A stretch of 57,431 bases of DNA, the filler included, from Ionaspis alba (taxonomy: Eukaryota), in the NCBI GenBank assembly GCA_964255285.1. It is 6 parts of 6 records of this genome, joined end to end, with 100 filler letters (N's around TTAATTAATTAA, not from the genome) between each part and the next. Parts side by side here need not be neighbours in the genome. Positions count along the whole stretch, not along the records: positions 1 to 9,531 come from CAXUUL010000667.1; positions 9,632 to 19,119 come from CAXUUL010000668.1; 4 more parts are not named here. One strand, written 5' to 3'. Positions within the stretch are counted from its first letter, which is position 1, and every line of letters starts with the position of its first letter. Shown one piece after another: positions 1 through 10,473 of this stretch. The notes beneath the pieces were generated by a model. The model saw only the letters and a list, made by a program, of their open reading frames with translations, was not told the origin of the DNA and made no database searches. Position numbers and translations under genes: made by a program.

Positions 1-201
1 CGAGAAGTTGCCAAAAATAATCTAACGCTAAAAGGCGTATGGCGTGATTTCGCAGACGCCCAGATGGGTAGTGCTGGCAAAGCACACCATCAAGCTGCGA
101 AGGAGACGGCCAAGCTGTACACGGAATGGAAGGTGGAACGGTTGAGATTGGTAATTGGTGAAGGTGTGCAGCATTGGGACATATTAGCCTGGGATGAATA
201 G
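1..201 (+). CDS. Possible 3' end of a gene cut by the contig edge (hypothetical)
   Basis: Frame 1 is open from base 1 to TAG at 199-201 (REVAKNNLTLKGVWRDFADAQMG...QHWDILAWDE). No recognisable motif. Confidence 0.25.
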   Translation, partial: REVAKNNLTLKGVWRDFADAQMGSAGKAHHQAAKETAKLYTEWKVERLRLVIGEGVQHWDILAWDE

Positions 202-385
202 ACTGTGGGGACATCCATCGGGAACATATCCTACATCTCAATTGCAAATCTGTGGACGGGGCGGCCTCCTGATGCTCAACACTTTGACTTCCCAGGATTT
301 TTGGGGTGCTAAAGTCGAGTGTGTATGTTACTTCATACAGAGAATTATTAAGATTATATGATTGAATAGCAAACTTCCAGGGTCA

Positions 386-485
386 GACAATGTGGCCGAG
401 TGGTTAAGGCGAAAGACTCGAAAATTTTACTATTTACGGTCATCTTTTCTCTTCGGAGGCACAGGTTCGAATCCTGTCGTTGTCG
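386..485 (+). tRNA. tRNA-Ser(CGA), intron-containing
   Basis: Acceptor stem GACAATG/CGTTGTC with discriminator G; D arm TGGCCGAGTGGTTAAGGC; anticodon stem AAAGA/TCTTT with CT-CGA-A (CGA at 419-421); 19-nt intron at about 423-441; long variable arm; T loop GGTTCGAATCC. Confidence 0.95.
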
Positions 486-877
486 CACTATTTTGTTCTT
501 TTGCTTCTTGTTACCATCGTGTGCGACTTGGAGAACGGAGTGGGTTTTTGCACGGCGCGTGAAGACCTGTACGGAAACGACGCCTCAATTCGTAGCTGAG
601 ACTGATGAAAAGCGAAGGATGACCGGGATTATTTGGCGAATCATTCTTTGGTTATCGGCCAATGACGACGAGACCCTGCATTTGGTTTAGATACTAGGGC
701 TGGAATTTTCAGAAGTAGATTTGAGCAGCCACAAATTCTAATCTAGAACTTGCATTCAATACTCTCAATTCTCTCAATACTCTCGAGTAGACGACATTGA
801 ACTACTATACTTCAAACACCTTTTCGTGAAGTAATACCTCCTCTCAATTTCCTCATACCATTCTCGAAAACGCAATC

Positions 878-2539
878 ATGAGTGGAGCACCGGCAACCAA
901 ACACAAGGTTGCTGATATTGTACGTTGTACCCACTAGCCCGTAAGAAGACCTTCAATGTTTCTGTCTAATTTGAGTTCTCTAGTCACTGGCAGCATTTGG
1001 GCGCCGTGAGATTGAGCTCGCCGAGAATGAAATGCCAGGTCTCATGGCCACGAGGTCTAAATATGCCGAAGACCAACCGCTGAAGGGTGCTCGGATTGCG
1101 GGGTGTTTACACATGAGTACGGATTATCTGCTGGGAGAGGATGGGCCGTACTGAGTCTGCTTTACAGCCATCCAGACTGCTGTCTTGATTGAGACTCTCA
1201 CTGCTCTCGGCGCCGAAGTGACTGTACGTGGTCCCGTGTTTTCCAGCATCTGTATACTAACAATCCCCAGTGGTCGAGTTGCAACATCTTCTCCACCCAA
1301 GACCACGCAGCAGCAGCTATTGCAGCAGCTGGTACTCCAGTGTACGTTTTTGTGGACCACAATCAATGCATCACTGACGAGAATTAGCTTTGCCTGGAAG
1401 GGTGAGACCGAGGAAGAATACAACTGGTGCTTGGAGCAACAGCTTGTGGCCTTCAAAGATGGCAAGCACCTCAATCTGATCCTCGACGACGGTGGAGACC
1501 TTACAGCGCTCGTTCACAACAAATACCCTGAGATGCTCAAGGACTGCTATGGTGTTTCCGAGGAGACTACAACTGGTGTTCACCATCTGTATCGGATGTT
1601 GAAGGGGAAAGGTCTACTCGTACCCGCTGTCAATGTTAACGACTCTGTCACCAAGTCGAAGTTTGATAACCTCTATGGATGTCGTGAGTCCCTTATCGAC
1701 GGTATCAAACGTGCTACAGACGTCATGATTGCGGGTAAGGTCGCTGTCGTGGCTGGTTTTGGAGACGTTGGCAAGGGTTGCGCGCAAGCTCTTCACAGCA
1801 TGGGCGCAAGAGTCATTGTCACTGAGATTGATCCTATCAATGCTCTACAGGCTGCCGTTTCGGGATACCAAGTTACTACCATGGAGGAGGCCGCTTCGGA
1901 AGGACAAATCTTCGTCACCACTACCGGCTGCCGAGACATTCTTACTGGAGAGCACTTCGAGAAGATGAAGAATGATGCCATTGTCTGCAGTATGTACTTC
2001 TGTCCTACTAATCTACACATATACTTACTCTTGCAGACATTGGCCATTTCGACATCGAGATCGACGTCGCCTGGGTCAAGAAGAACGCCAAGAGCAGCCA
2101 GAACATCAAGCCCCAGGTAGACCGCTATCTTATGCCTAACGGTCGTCACATCATTATCCTTGCAGAAGGCCGTCTTGTCAATCTTGGATGTGCTACCGGC
2201 CACTCCTCGTTCGTCATGTCATGCTCTTTTACCAACCAAGTCCTCGCACAGATCATGTTGTACAAGGCCGAGGACGAGGCATTTGGAAAGAAATACATTG
2301 AATTCGGAAAAACTGGCAAGAAGGACGTTGGTGTCTATGTTCTACCAAAGATCCTCGATGAGCAGGTTGCCCTGTTGCATCTCGATCACGTCAACGCCAA
2401 GTTGTCGAAACTCACACCAGTACAGGCTGAGTACCTTGGCTTGACCGTCGAGGGACCATATAAGAGTGATATGTAAGCTTCTGCACGATCTACTAGATCT
2501 ACTCGATCACTAACAATCATACCTAGCTACCGATACTAG
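878..2539 (+). CDS. SAH1: Adenosylhomocysteinase (SAH hydrolase), about 7 exons
   Basis: Spliced product starts [14 protein letters not shown] and contains [60 protein letters not shown] and [15 protein letters not shown], ending YRY*. Introns are canonical GT-AG. Confidence 0.98.
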
Positions 2540-3223
2540 ATTCCTTGCAGTTTTCGGCGTCCATCAAGCACCCATACATTCAACACGAGTTACGATGAGA
2601 TGAATACCCAAAAGTACTTGTCCTTCAACGGCATATCCGGAGATAACGGCCATCTCAACAGATGAAGCCGTTCAGGGGGGTTTCCTGGTCGCAAGCGTCG
2701 GCGTTTTTGCATCCCATGGGCCCCTTCAACTGTGGCCTGGGATCATCACTAGATAGATTAGAGCGACTGCAATGAAGTCTGATAGATGAATCCTAGTACG
2801 TCGCTACCGCGCCTCGAAGATTGCCTGTCAACAAAACTTCGCTGAATCTCAGTAAATCCGACATGATGAATCATGCTAGCTTCGGCTTGTCGCTGCATTT
2901 TTCGTCCGGTGACATGGATGTAGCTCCGTTGTATCGATCAACCCAAGACAGGAACAGGCTGCAACAAAAGTGGTCGTCATATGGACTTTGCAGAAGATTA
3001 TCTCCGCAATCTCTCGCTGCTCTGTGCTCGGCAAATTACTAACTCCGAAAACACGGATAATCGCTTGAATATAAATTTAGAACATATCATCACATCTACC
3101 ATCCACTATAAATCATAATACAGGAGAACGACACCGCAATCCACCAGAAGTAACTCCAAGCACCTAGTACGACTTTAATCAAGACTACTCAAAGACCTTT
3201 TTATAATCTTCACAGCATACACA

Positions 3224-4295
3224 ATGCCTACTGTTCTTGGAAAGGAAGTGGGGGAGACAGGCTTCGGCCTCATGGGTAAGTAATTCGTTCGCATCCTGCT
3301 AGTATTTCTATTTGTCCCCGATCCCATCTCCAAGTCATACTGAATGTTCCATTCCAGGTTTCACATGGCGTCCAAATGGCATTTCCCAGGCCGATGCCAT
3401 CAAAACAATGCGCACTGCCCTTTCGCTCGGCGCCAATTTCTGGAACGGCGGCGAATTCTACGGACCTCCAGAAGCCAACTCCCTCCAGCTCCTCAACGCC
3501 TACTTCACCCAATATCCCGACGACGCCGACAAAGTCCTCATCAACATCAAAGGCGGACTCTCGAAAGATAGGCGTCCCACTGGCAGCGAGGAAGGCGTAC
3601 GCGCGAGCGTGGACAATTGCCTAAAGCTGCTAGGCGGCAAGAAGAAACTCGACATGTTCGAGTGTGCGCGTGTAGACCCGAACACGCCGATCGAAACGAC
3701 GATGAAGGCGCTTGCGGCTTGTGTTAAGGAAGGCAAGATTGGCGGCATTGCCTTGAGCGAAGTCAGAGCCGAAACCATTAGACGTGCACACAAAGTGCAT
3801 CCCGTTTGCGCAGTCGAGGTCGAGTTGAGCTTGTGGCAGACCGAGGTGCTGACGAATGGAGTTGCGACTGCCTGCGCGGAGCTGGGGATCCCGATCGTGG
3901 CATATTCGCCACTGGGTAAGGGAATCCTGACGGGGCAGATCAAGAGTTTGGATGATCTCCCGGAGGACGATTTCCGCCGGCAGGTTCCCAGATTTTCCAA
4001 AGAGAACTTCCCGAAGAATCTGGAGCTGGTGACCGAATTGGAGAAGTTGGCTGAGGCGAAAGGTTGCAAGCCGTCGCAGCTGGCGTTGGCCTGGGTAAGG
4101 CAATTGAGCGAGCAGAAGGGTATGCCTACGATTATTCCGATTCCTGGCACGACGACTGAGGCGAGGGTCACGGAGAACATGGGTGTTGTTAGGCTGGATG
4201 AGAAGGATATGGAGAAGATTGATAAGATTTTGCAGTCGTTCGAGCCGGTTGGGAGTAGGTACCCGGAATATCTCATGGGATTTTGCGATGGCTAG
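3224..4295 (+). CDS. Aldo-keto reductase (pyridoxal reductase-like), 2 exons
   Basis: MPTVLGKEVGETGFGLMG then intron then FTW; NFWNGGEFYG, ARVDPNTPIE, GKIGGIALSE, VEVELSLW, AYSPLGKG, QLALAW, PIPGTT. Confidence 0.92.
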
Positions 4296-4681
4296 GAGGT
4301 AGATATGTAGGGGATCAAAGCTACAATTGCGAAGGCAATTCGAGCCATTGAAGCTAGTTATCGAGAGGGCCAGCCATATGCGCTATATTTGATTCAGCCA
4401 TTGCCATGCCATTTGGCACACGTGAAACAAAAATGCTGGTAGATTGGATTCAGATCAAGTGTAGATTGAGATGTCGACTTTCGGCTTCAGCAATAGTGAA
4501 ACCGTCCGAATTGCAGAACTCATATGTTCATCCTTTGGGCGGTTTATGAACGAAGTTGAGAGCGTAGTACATACCGACATAACGATGTCAACATCCATAT
4601 TATATGCTGTACACACGATATCCCTGCTTTGCGATGCCCACTGGAAATCCATAACATTTTGGGGGCGCCTCATCTCAACCA

Positions 4682-5026
4682 TCATCCTCCAAGTAGCTTA
4701 TCCATCTTGTCCCAGTCACTCTTCTTGATCTTGGACTGTCCTTTGCCGCTTGCCTCCCTCATGGTAAACACTGCCTTAGCCACAGCTTGAACATCAGAGG
4801 CTGATCCTTTCCCATGAGAAATCTTGGGAGCCGGAAATGACGGCAATTGACGCGTATTCAACTCTTCAGTGAGTGGTCTCGATGGCCTAGCCTGCGAAAT
4901 CGTGTCGTCGCTGTTGGTTCTCTTAGCCATGGCCTCGTCGCGAAGTTTTATGTACGATTCCTTGGCTTCATAGTAGGCCTTTCTCTCGACTTCAAAATCA
5001 ACGGAGGACGGTGTGCTGGCCGACAT
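4682..5026 (-). CDS. Hypothetical small protein (about 114 aa), head-to-head with the zinc-finger gene
   Basis: ORF from ATG 5026 (MSASTPSSVDFEVERKAYYEAKESYIKLRDEAMAKR...DWDKMDKLLGG). Protein-like composition but no family recognised. Confidence 0.45.
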   Translation of the reverse strand: MSASTPSSVDFEVERKAYYEAKESYIKLRDEAMAKRTNSDDTISQARPSRPLTEELNTRQLPSFPAPKISHGKGSASDVQAVAKAVFTMREASGKGQSKIKKSDWDKMDKLLGG

Positions 5027-5424
5027 TATCACAGTCTTTTCAGATTCAGGGCTCCTGGTATTGATAGGAGGATCGAGGAAGAAACTCGACAGGGTTGTTC
5101 GCGGAAAAGCGCGGGTCAGCCTCAAACTATTGGTGCGTGCAGTCGTCTTTACCGTTTAAGTACGAACGTAGACCTTAATTCAAAGCTGTTGGTCAAGACT
5201 CATAAGCTGCCATCCAACGACATCGCGATACCTCGAGAACCGTCATAATCGGGACAAATCGTGCAAGGGGAAGATTCGGTAAGTAAGCCTTCTGTTGGAT
5301 ACCAAACGGGATTAATTAGAGGGGCTTCAAGACGATATTCGAGCAGCTACACGAGCCCTATATAGCACGACAATAGTGGCGTATTCTATAGCTGATTGAC
5401 GGCCGCCTCAACACCTAGTTCAAG

Positions 5425-6583
5425 ATGGCCGACTCACCCGACTCGCCACTGTCTTCTCACGCTTCGAGCGAGTTCACAGAGGATGTGAAACTTGAAGATC
5501 GAGAAACAAGTTTCGATGCCCTTCCAGACCACGTTGAATCTCATTTGATGCCTCCAGCGAAAAGACAAAAGCTAGGAGCATCTTCTTATCAGTCGACACC
5601 ACTTTCTCAACCTGAGCTCCAACAAGAAGACTGGGAATGCTCCTCTGACACCTCGGGTGATGTGCCAAGTTCACCAGCACTTGGACAAGCATACACACAA
5701 GACGATGACCACTCGGAACAAGTCACGGTTTGTAAGTGGCGGAACTGTCCAGTAGGTGATCTGTATAATATGGATGCCCTGGTGCAGCACATACACGACG
5801 ATCATATTGGTGCACGGCAGAAGAGATATGCTTGTGAATGGGAGAATTGTCCTCGTATAGACGCAAATCATGCCAGCGGCTATGCTTTGAGAGCGCATAT
5901 GAGGAGTCACACACGAGAGAAGCCTTTCTACTGTGCTTTGCCAGGTAAGCCATCAAGCAAAGCCATCGCGTTTTAACCGCTAACATAATGTAGAGTGTGA
6001 CCGCGCCTTCACCCGATCGGATGCTCTCGCCAAACATATGCGGACAGTCCACGAGACCGAAGCTCTACGACCGTCTGATCCGATCCCCCGAAGTCATTCT
6101 CAAGCTCAAGTAAAGCCACAGCGATTAAAGCTCATCGTCCATGCCAAACCGCCTGGGAACGAAATATCCAATGGAGATGTGACCGAGGTCGATGATGATG
6201 CTACGATATACACGAACACAGAAGCTGATCCAGAAATACAAAAAGGACCAGTGTTCGAATACCCGTCAGACCTGAACCTTTCCGAGGAAGAGAAGGCAAT
6301 GCGGCCCAGTCAGCTTTTCAGACTACTTCGACGGCAGGTGCATTGGTCAGAAGAAGAGAACCAAGAGCTAAAACTAGAAGTCGAGGCGCTTGAGGCCAAA
6401 CGAAAGGAAGAATGGCAGGAAAAGGAGTTGGTATTGACGAATGTGGTCGAGGGCGAGTTGGCTACTGCTTTTGGAATCAAGCAGGATTATGAACAGGTCA
6501 TCAGGCTGAAGGATGAGCTGCTGCCTCAGAAAATGCTCCCTCTGGATGGTCCCGCTCCTTGGTATCGATATCCTCCAGAGTAG
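5425..6583 (+). CDS. iec1: C2H2 zinc-finger protein, INO80 subunit Iec1-like, 2 exons
   Basis: CKWRNC...LVQHIHDDH, CEWENC...LRAHMRSHTREKPFYCALP, intron, ECDRAFTRSDALAKHMRTVHETEALRPSDP; C-terminal coiled coil LRRQVHWSEEE. Confidence 0.75.
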
Positions 6584-6976
6584 AGCAAAAACAGATCCGA
6601 TGCTTCGTCGCAATAGCAATCAGCCGTGGTTCTTAGGGATAATCCTCAGTCTATAGGATAGATAATCCATCTCTTGCAAGCAATCAATTTCTGTTTCCAT
6701 GAGTTCGCACTTGACAACATGCAGTCTCACTTGGAGACCTCTAGTAAAAGCTCATGGAATAGCACTTGATGGATGGCATGACTGATAATGGCTTAGGTGT
6801 TCGACATTTAAGACAGTGAGAAGGTCTATACGCCCGTTCTATCACCATACATCTGAAGCGAATCGAGCTATTACTGTGGCAAGGGTCTCTGGGATCAATC
6901 ACTGAGCATGTAACCTGCATCATTCATCAAAATATCTCGCGACTCCACAACTTTTTCCATTCTTCTAAAAGAGCGA

Positions 6977-7480
6977 CTAATGACACCACTTGATCAATCC
7001 CTGAGGAAACAATTGATGACCAACAACTCGTCTGATTTGTGATGACCGGGAGGTATGGACTCCCTGGAAGTGGACGCTTCTTCGTATGGGTGTGGTTTTT
7101 TTGTCATGAAATTTTCCATCACCTTTAGGACATTTGCGCTTCCCGCACCTGTCCCCCGGTACTGGTTCACAATATCCGTCAGGCCCACAAAAGCATGGCT
7201 TCATGTTGCAGAAGATATTACGGGCTCGACGTTCCAAAAGCGCGCCAGTGAAGGTATCACGCGCGTAGATGTCGGCGGTATCGAAGGCGTCGGCTCCGGC
7301 ATAGGCACTGGGAAAGGCATCGCGTGTATAAATGTCGATGCCTTCGTGGATCTCGGGGTATGCTTCGGCATAGACGTTACGTGCGTAGAGATCGCGCTCG
7401 TATTATTGTGGACCGTGGTTGGCTATTGCGAAGAATGCTCCGGCAAGGAAAGCCAGGATAACTGTTTCGGAGAAGTGCAT
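6977..7480 (-). pseudogene. Secreted pre-pro Cys-rich peptide gene with one in-frame stop; same architecture as 8728-9168
   Basis: Manual translation from ATG 7480: MHFSETVILAFLAGAFFAIANHGPQ*YERDLYARNVYAEAYPEIHEGIDIYTRDAFPSAYAGADAFDTADIYARDTFTGALLERR-ARNIFCNMKPCFCGPDGYCEPVPGDRCGKRKCPK... TAA at 7403-7405. TATAAA on the minus strand at 7647-7652. Confidence 0.75.
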
Positions 7481-8727
7481 TCTAGATGAGGAATGCCGGG
7501 GTTTGGATTTGGTATTGATGAACGTCCTCAGTCTAGCTCTTGGGAGGGTATGAGGCTTTTGTTGACTGGAAAGATAGTATGCTTGCGTTCTGAAAGTTTT
7601 TGTGTTCTTGTGATTGCTGCTGCTAGAATGAGAGCGAGAAGCTACCTTTATAAAAGTTCCTGGAGCACAGTTTCTCCAGAGTCTGCTTCTCTAGTCTGTC
7701 TCATCTGGTATGGTTTCAAGAGATGGAATAGTCGGTGATTTCTCCCCGATCAACAACGTCTATCATATCTAGCCTCAATCTTCAAACAGCTACAACTACT
7801 CTGTATACCTTGGCTTTGGAGGTCCAAAATTCGGACACCGTCTACCGCCGATGCCTCTCGTCCAATGCCTCTGGGACAAATTGGTTGGGTCAAGCAACGA
7901 AGGATTTGAAGGATTGTTTGCGCTTCGTTGATAAATCTCACTCGCTTCTTCAAACGATCGCAGCAACACAGATGTGGCGTGTCGCATGAAGACGGGGGTG
8001 TTTTTCTTCAGCTGCGTACTTTTCTCAGAAATAACATCCCAAGGCAGCAAAGTGTGCTATCAATCATTTGCAATAGCACAACAACGATCCTGCATTCACA
8101 AGCGGAAGTCGATCGACGTGAAGGCGATCTGACAGAGCCGACGAGATCAGAAATAAGGAAAGGGGGTCAGCAAAAGCTCTGCTGAGGCTCCGCTAATGCT
8201 TTCCAGCTCTCTGCAAACTTGCTTCTGGAGCGCTGAACGAAGTTGCGTGCTAGAAATGCTGAGCCGGAACATATCTTTCACCTTACTCCTTCGAGACGAC
8301 CTTTGTTGGACGACAAGTTCCAATCACAGACTGTGTGGTATGAACGCAATAACATGGTCTGTTAACGGGCGTCGGCATTTCCTCTATCGGCCTGTCGTCT
8401 GGATATTCCTTTTTGGGCGCAATTTAGCCAAGGGAGTCGGAAAATGAAGGTCCGACCTTGCCGACATTTTGTGCAGTTATGTTCACACCTGAGCTGTGCC
8501 CCTGCTAAGTTTGGCAGAACTTCAAACTGCAACTTGGCTTGACGAGCGGTTGTGATCGAATATTTGCAACCTGGCGAAACCTAGCAATGGTAGAAGTTCA
8601 AGGCGGCCTTCGCTGACCGACAGAAGTCACGTCTCACTGCGAAGAAGTTTAGGAACAAAGCAGATAATTTTAGCTGCATCTACGCTAAATTCATAATCCC
8701 AAAACGTTACCGGAGACTCCTTCAGCA

Positions 8728-9168
8728 TCAGGTGCTCTTACAATGGCATTGCTTCTCACATCCATGAATTGCACGGTTACAGAAGACCTTCCCATGCCTA
8801 TTGCAGTTGCAATGATCACTACACACATCCCCCAAGACCGGGTGGGGAATGCAGGTGATGACATATCGCATGGGCGAGGACTCTCTGCTGTTACCATCAG
8901 AGCTTGGCGAGGAACCGGTTGAGGATGCGGCAGAAGGGCCACGGGCTGGTGCGGCGTTCGCATCCGGGTAAGCCTCAGCTTCCGCTTCCGAATAGGCTTC
9001 GCGGGCGTAGAAGTCAGCCTCGGCGTAGGCTTCAGGGTATGCATCGGCCTCCGCAAAGGCATCTCGGGCATAAACCTCGTGCTGTTGAGGGTGTTGTCGG
9101 CCTGGGTGGGCGGCGACAAGGGTCGTGGCTGAGAATAGAGCGGGTATGAGGGCTTGGGAGAACTGCAT
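8728..9168 (-). CDS. Secreted pre-pro-protein: signal peptide, dipeptide-repeat pro-region, 8-Cys C-terminal peptide
   Basis: Signal MQFSQALIPALFSATTLVAA; YAR-DA-FA-EA-DA-YP-EA-YA-EA...YAR-EA-YS-EA-EA-EA-YP-DA-NA-AP; Ser-rich linker; core YVITCIPHPVLGDVCSDHCNCNRHGKVFCNRAIHGCEKQCHCKST. TATAAA on the minus strand at 9349-9354. Confidence 0.88.
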   Translation of the reverse strand: MQFSQALIPALFSATTLVAAHPGRQHPQQHEVYARDAFAEADAYPEAYAEADFYAREAYSEAEAEAYPDANAAPARGPSAASSTGSSPSSDGNSRESSPMRYVITCIPHPVLGDVCSDHCNCNRHGKVFCNRAIHGCEKQCHCKST

Positions 9169-9378
9169 CTTGATTGTGATGGAGGGAAGGATTTGAAGGA
9201 TGAGGGTTGGAAGTCTTGGGAAGGTTTGAAAGATAAATGGGAAGGATGAATATACTTTAGGGAAAGGATTTGAGCACTGCTCTATGTTTTGAAGATGGTT
9301 GAAAGTGTTGCTGCTTGTCTGATCCCTGTTGAAGGAAATTGATGGGTCTTTATAGAATTGTGATGCTTGCCACAGAGA

Positions 9379-9531
9379 ATATTAAGTCTTGCCGTAGTCG
9401 TACAAACATGCAGTTAAGTGAAGATAACATGTTCATAGTGAAGATTCTTGGCCGATATTAAGTCTTGCCATAGTATTACAAACATGCAGTTAAGTGAAGA
9501 TAACATGTTCATAGTGAAGATTCTTGGCCGA
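9379..9531. repeat. 76-bp tandem repeat, at least 2 copies, running into the contig end
   Basis: Copies 9379-9454 and 9455-9530 (ATATTAAGTCTTGCC...GAAGATTCTTGGCCG) differ at 3 positions. Confidence 0.95.
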
Positions 9532-9631
9532 NNNNNNNNNNNNNNNNNNNNNNNNNNNNNNNNNNNNNNNNNNNNTTAATTAATTAANNNNNNNNNNNNN
9601 NNNNNNNNNNNNNNNNNNNNNNNNNNNNNNN
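9532..9631. other. Artificial contig linker (44N-TTAATTAATTAA-44N)
   Basis: Six-frame stop spacer flanked by 44 N on each side. Confidence 0.97.
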
Positions 9632-10473
9632 CAACTGCAACAGTAAGAAGCTGCAACTTTCACAAGTACAACCAAAACCAATCACGTTCCGTAGATGACC
9701 GTTGGAACCTCTCACTCTCTGTGTGATATCCTCTATTCAAACTCTCCTTCGATAATGCTCCTAAATCTTGAACGACCGGAGGTATTCCTAGGATCATTAC
9801 ATCTCAATCCTTCGAGAAAGATTTCTCCAACCTATTTCCCGCATACTTCCGTTCTATGGGAAGTGCCAAGGATCATGTATTGTCCTTGACGGGTTTGGCT
9901 CCTAGCGAGGTGAAGTCTCAAGAACAGAGAGTTCACGGTAGCATGGCAGTCCTATATTCGAGCATTAGCATCACCGATCCTATTATAGACGTGTACCTTT
10001 CTTGTACATCGCCACATTCCGCAACGAGGTGCTGCCACTATTACCAGCTCATTCTTGCAGGAGTCTAACCGAGCGCTAAAAGGCAAATGCAGATTCGATC
10101 TGCAAGCCGATTGAGAATTAGGCCGGCTCCATTGAATCCCAACTTGTCAAGTGGCTAGACCGTCAATATCAGCACACCGCGTACCAACGAAAATTGTACA
10201 GCAACAAAGGATCATAAGACAATAGCTCCAGGTGATGTCACGATATAGCTCAAGAAAAGAACGAAAACAGTATATAGGTAATGATAGTCTTCGAATTTTC
10301 ATTAACGGCCTTCCACCCAACACTCTATGCTACCCAGAGTCCTAGCCACGCCGGTGGTGATGTTGTACAGCGCCAGGGGTCACAATTGTCCAACAACGCC
10401 AGAAGACATGCATCTAGGTATCATCGCTGTAGGACAGCTGCCGCCATTTCTCCTCTATATGAGCTGTCCAAGT

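Noticed and set aside
362..690. ORFs overlapping the tRNA
   Set aside because: Spurious; the region is explained by tRNA-Ser and the SAH1 upstream region.
9576..9587. Recurring TTAATTAATTAA palindrome at about 9.58-kb periodicity
   Set aside because: It is a synthetic six-frame stop spacer, not a biological repeat, CRISPR array or insertion site.
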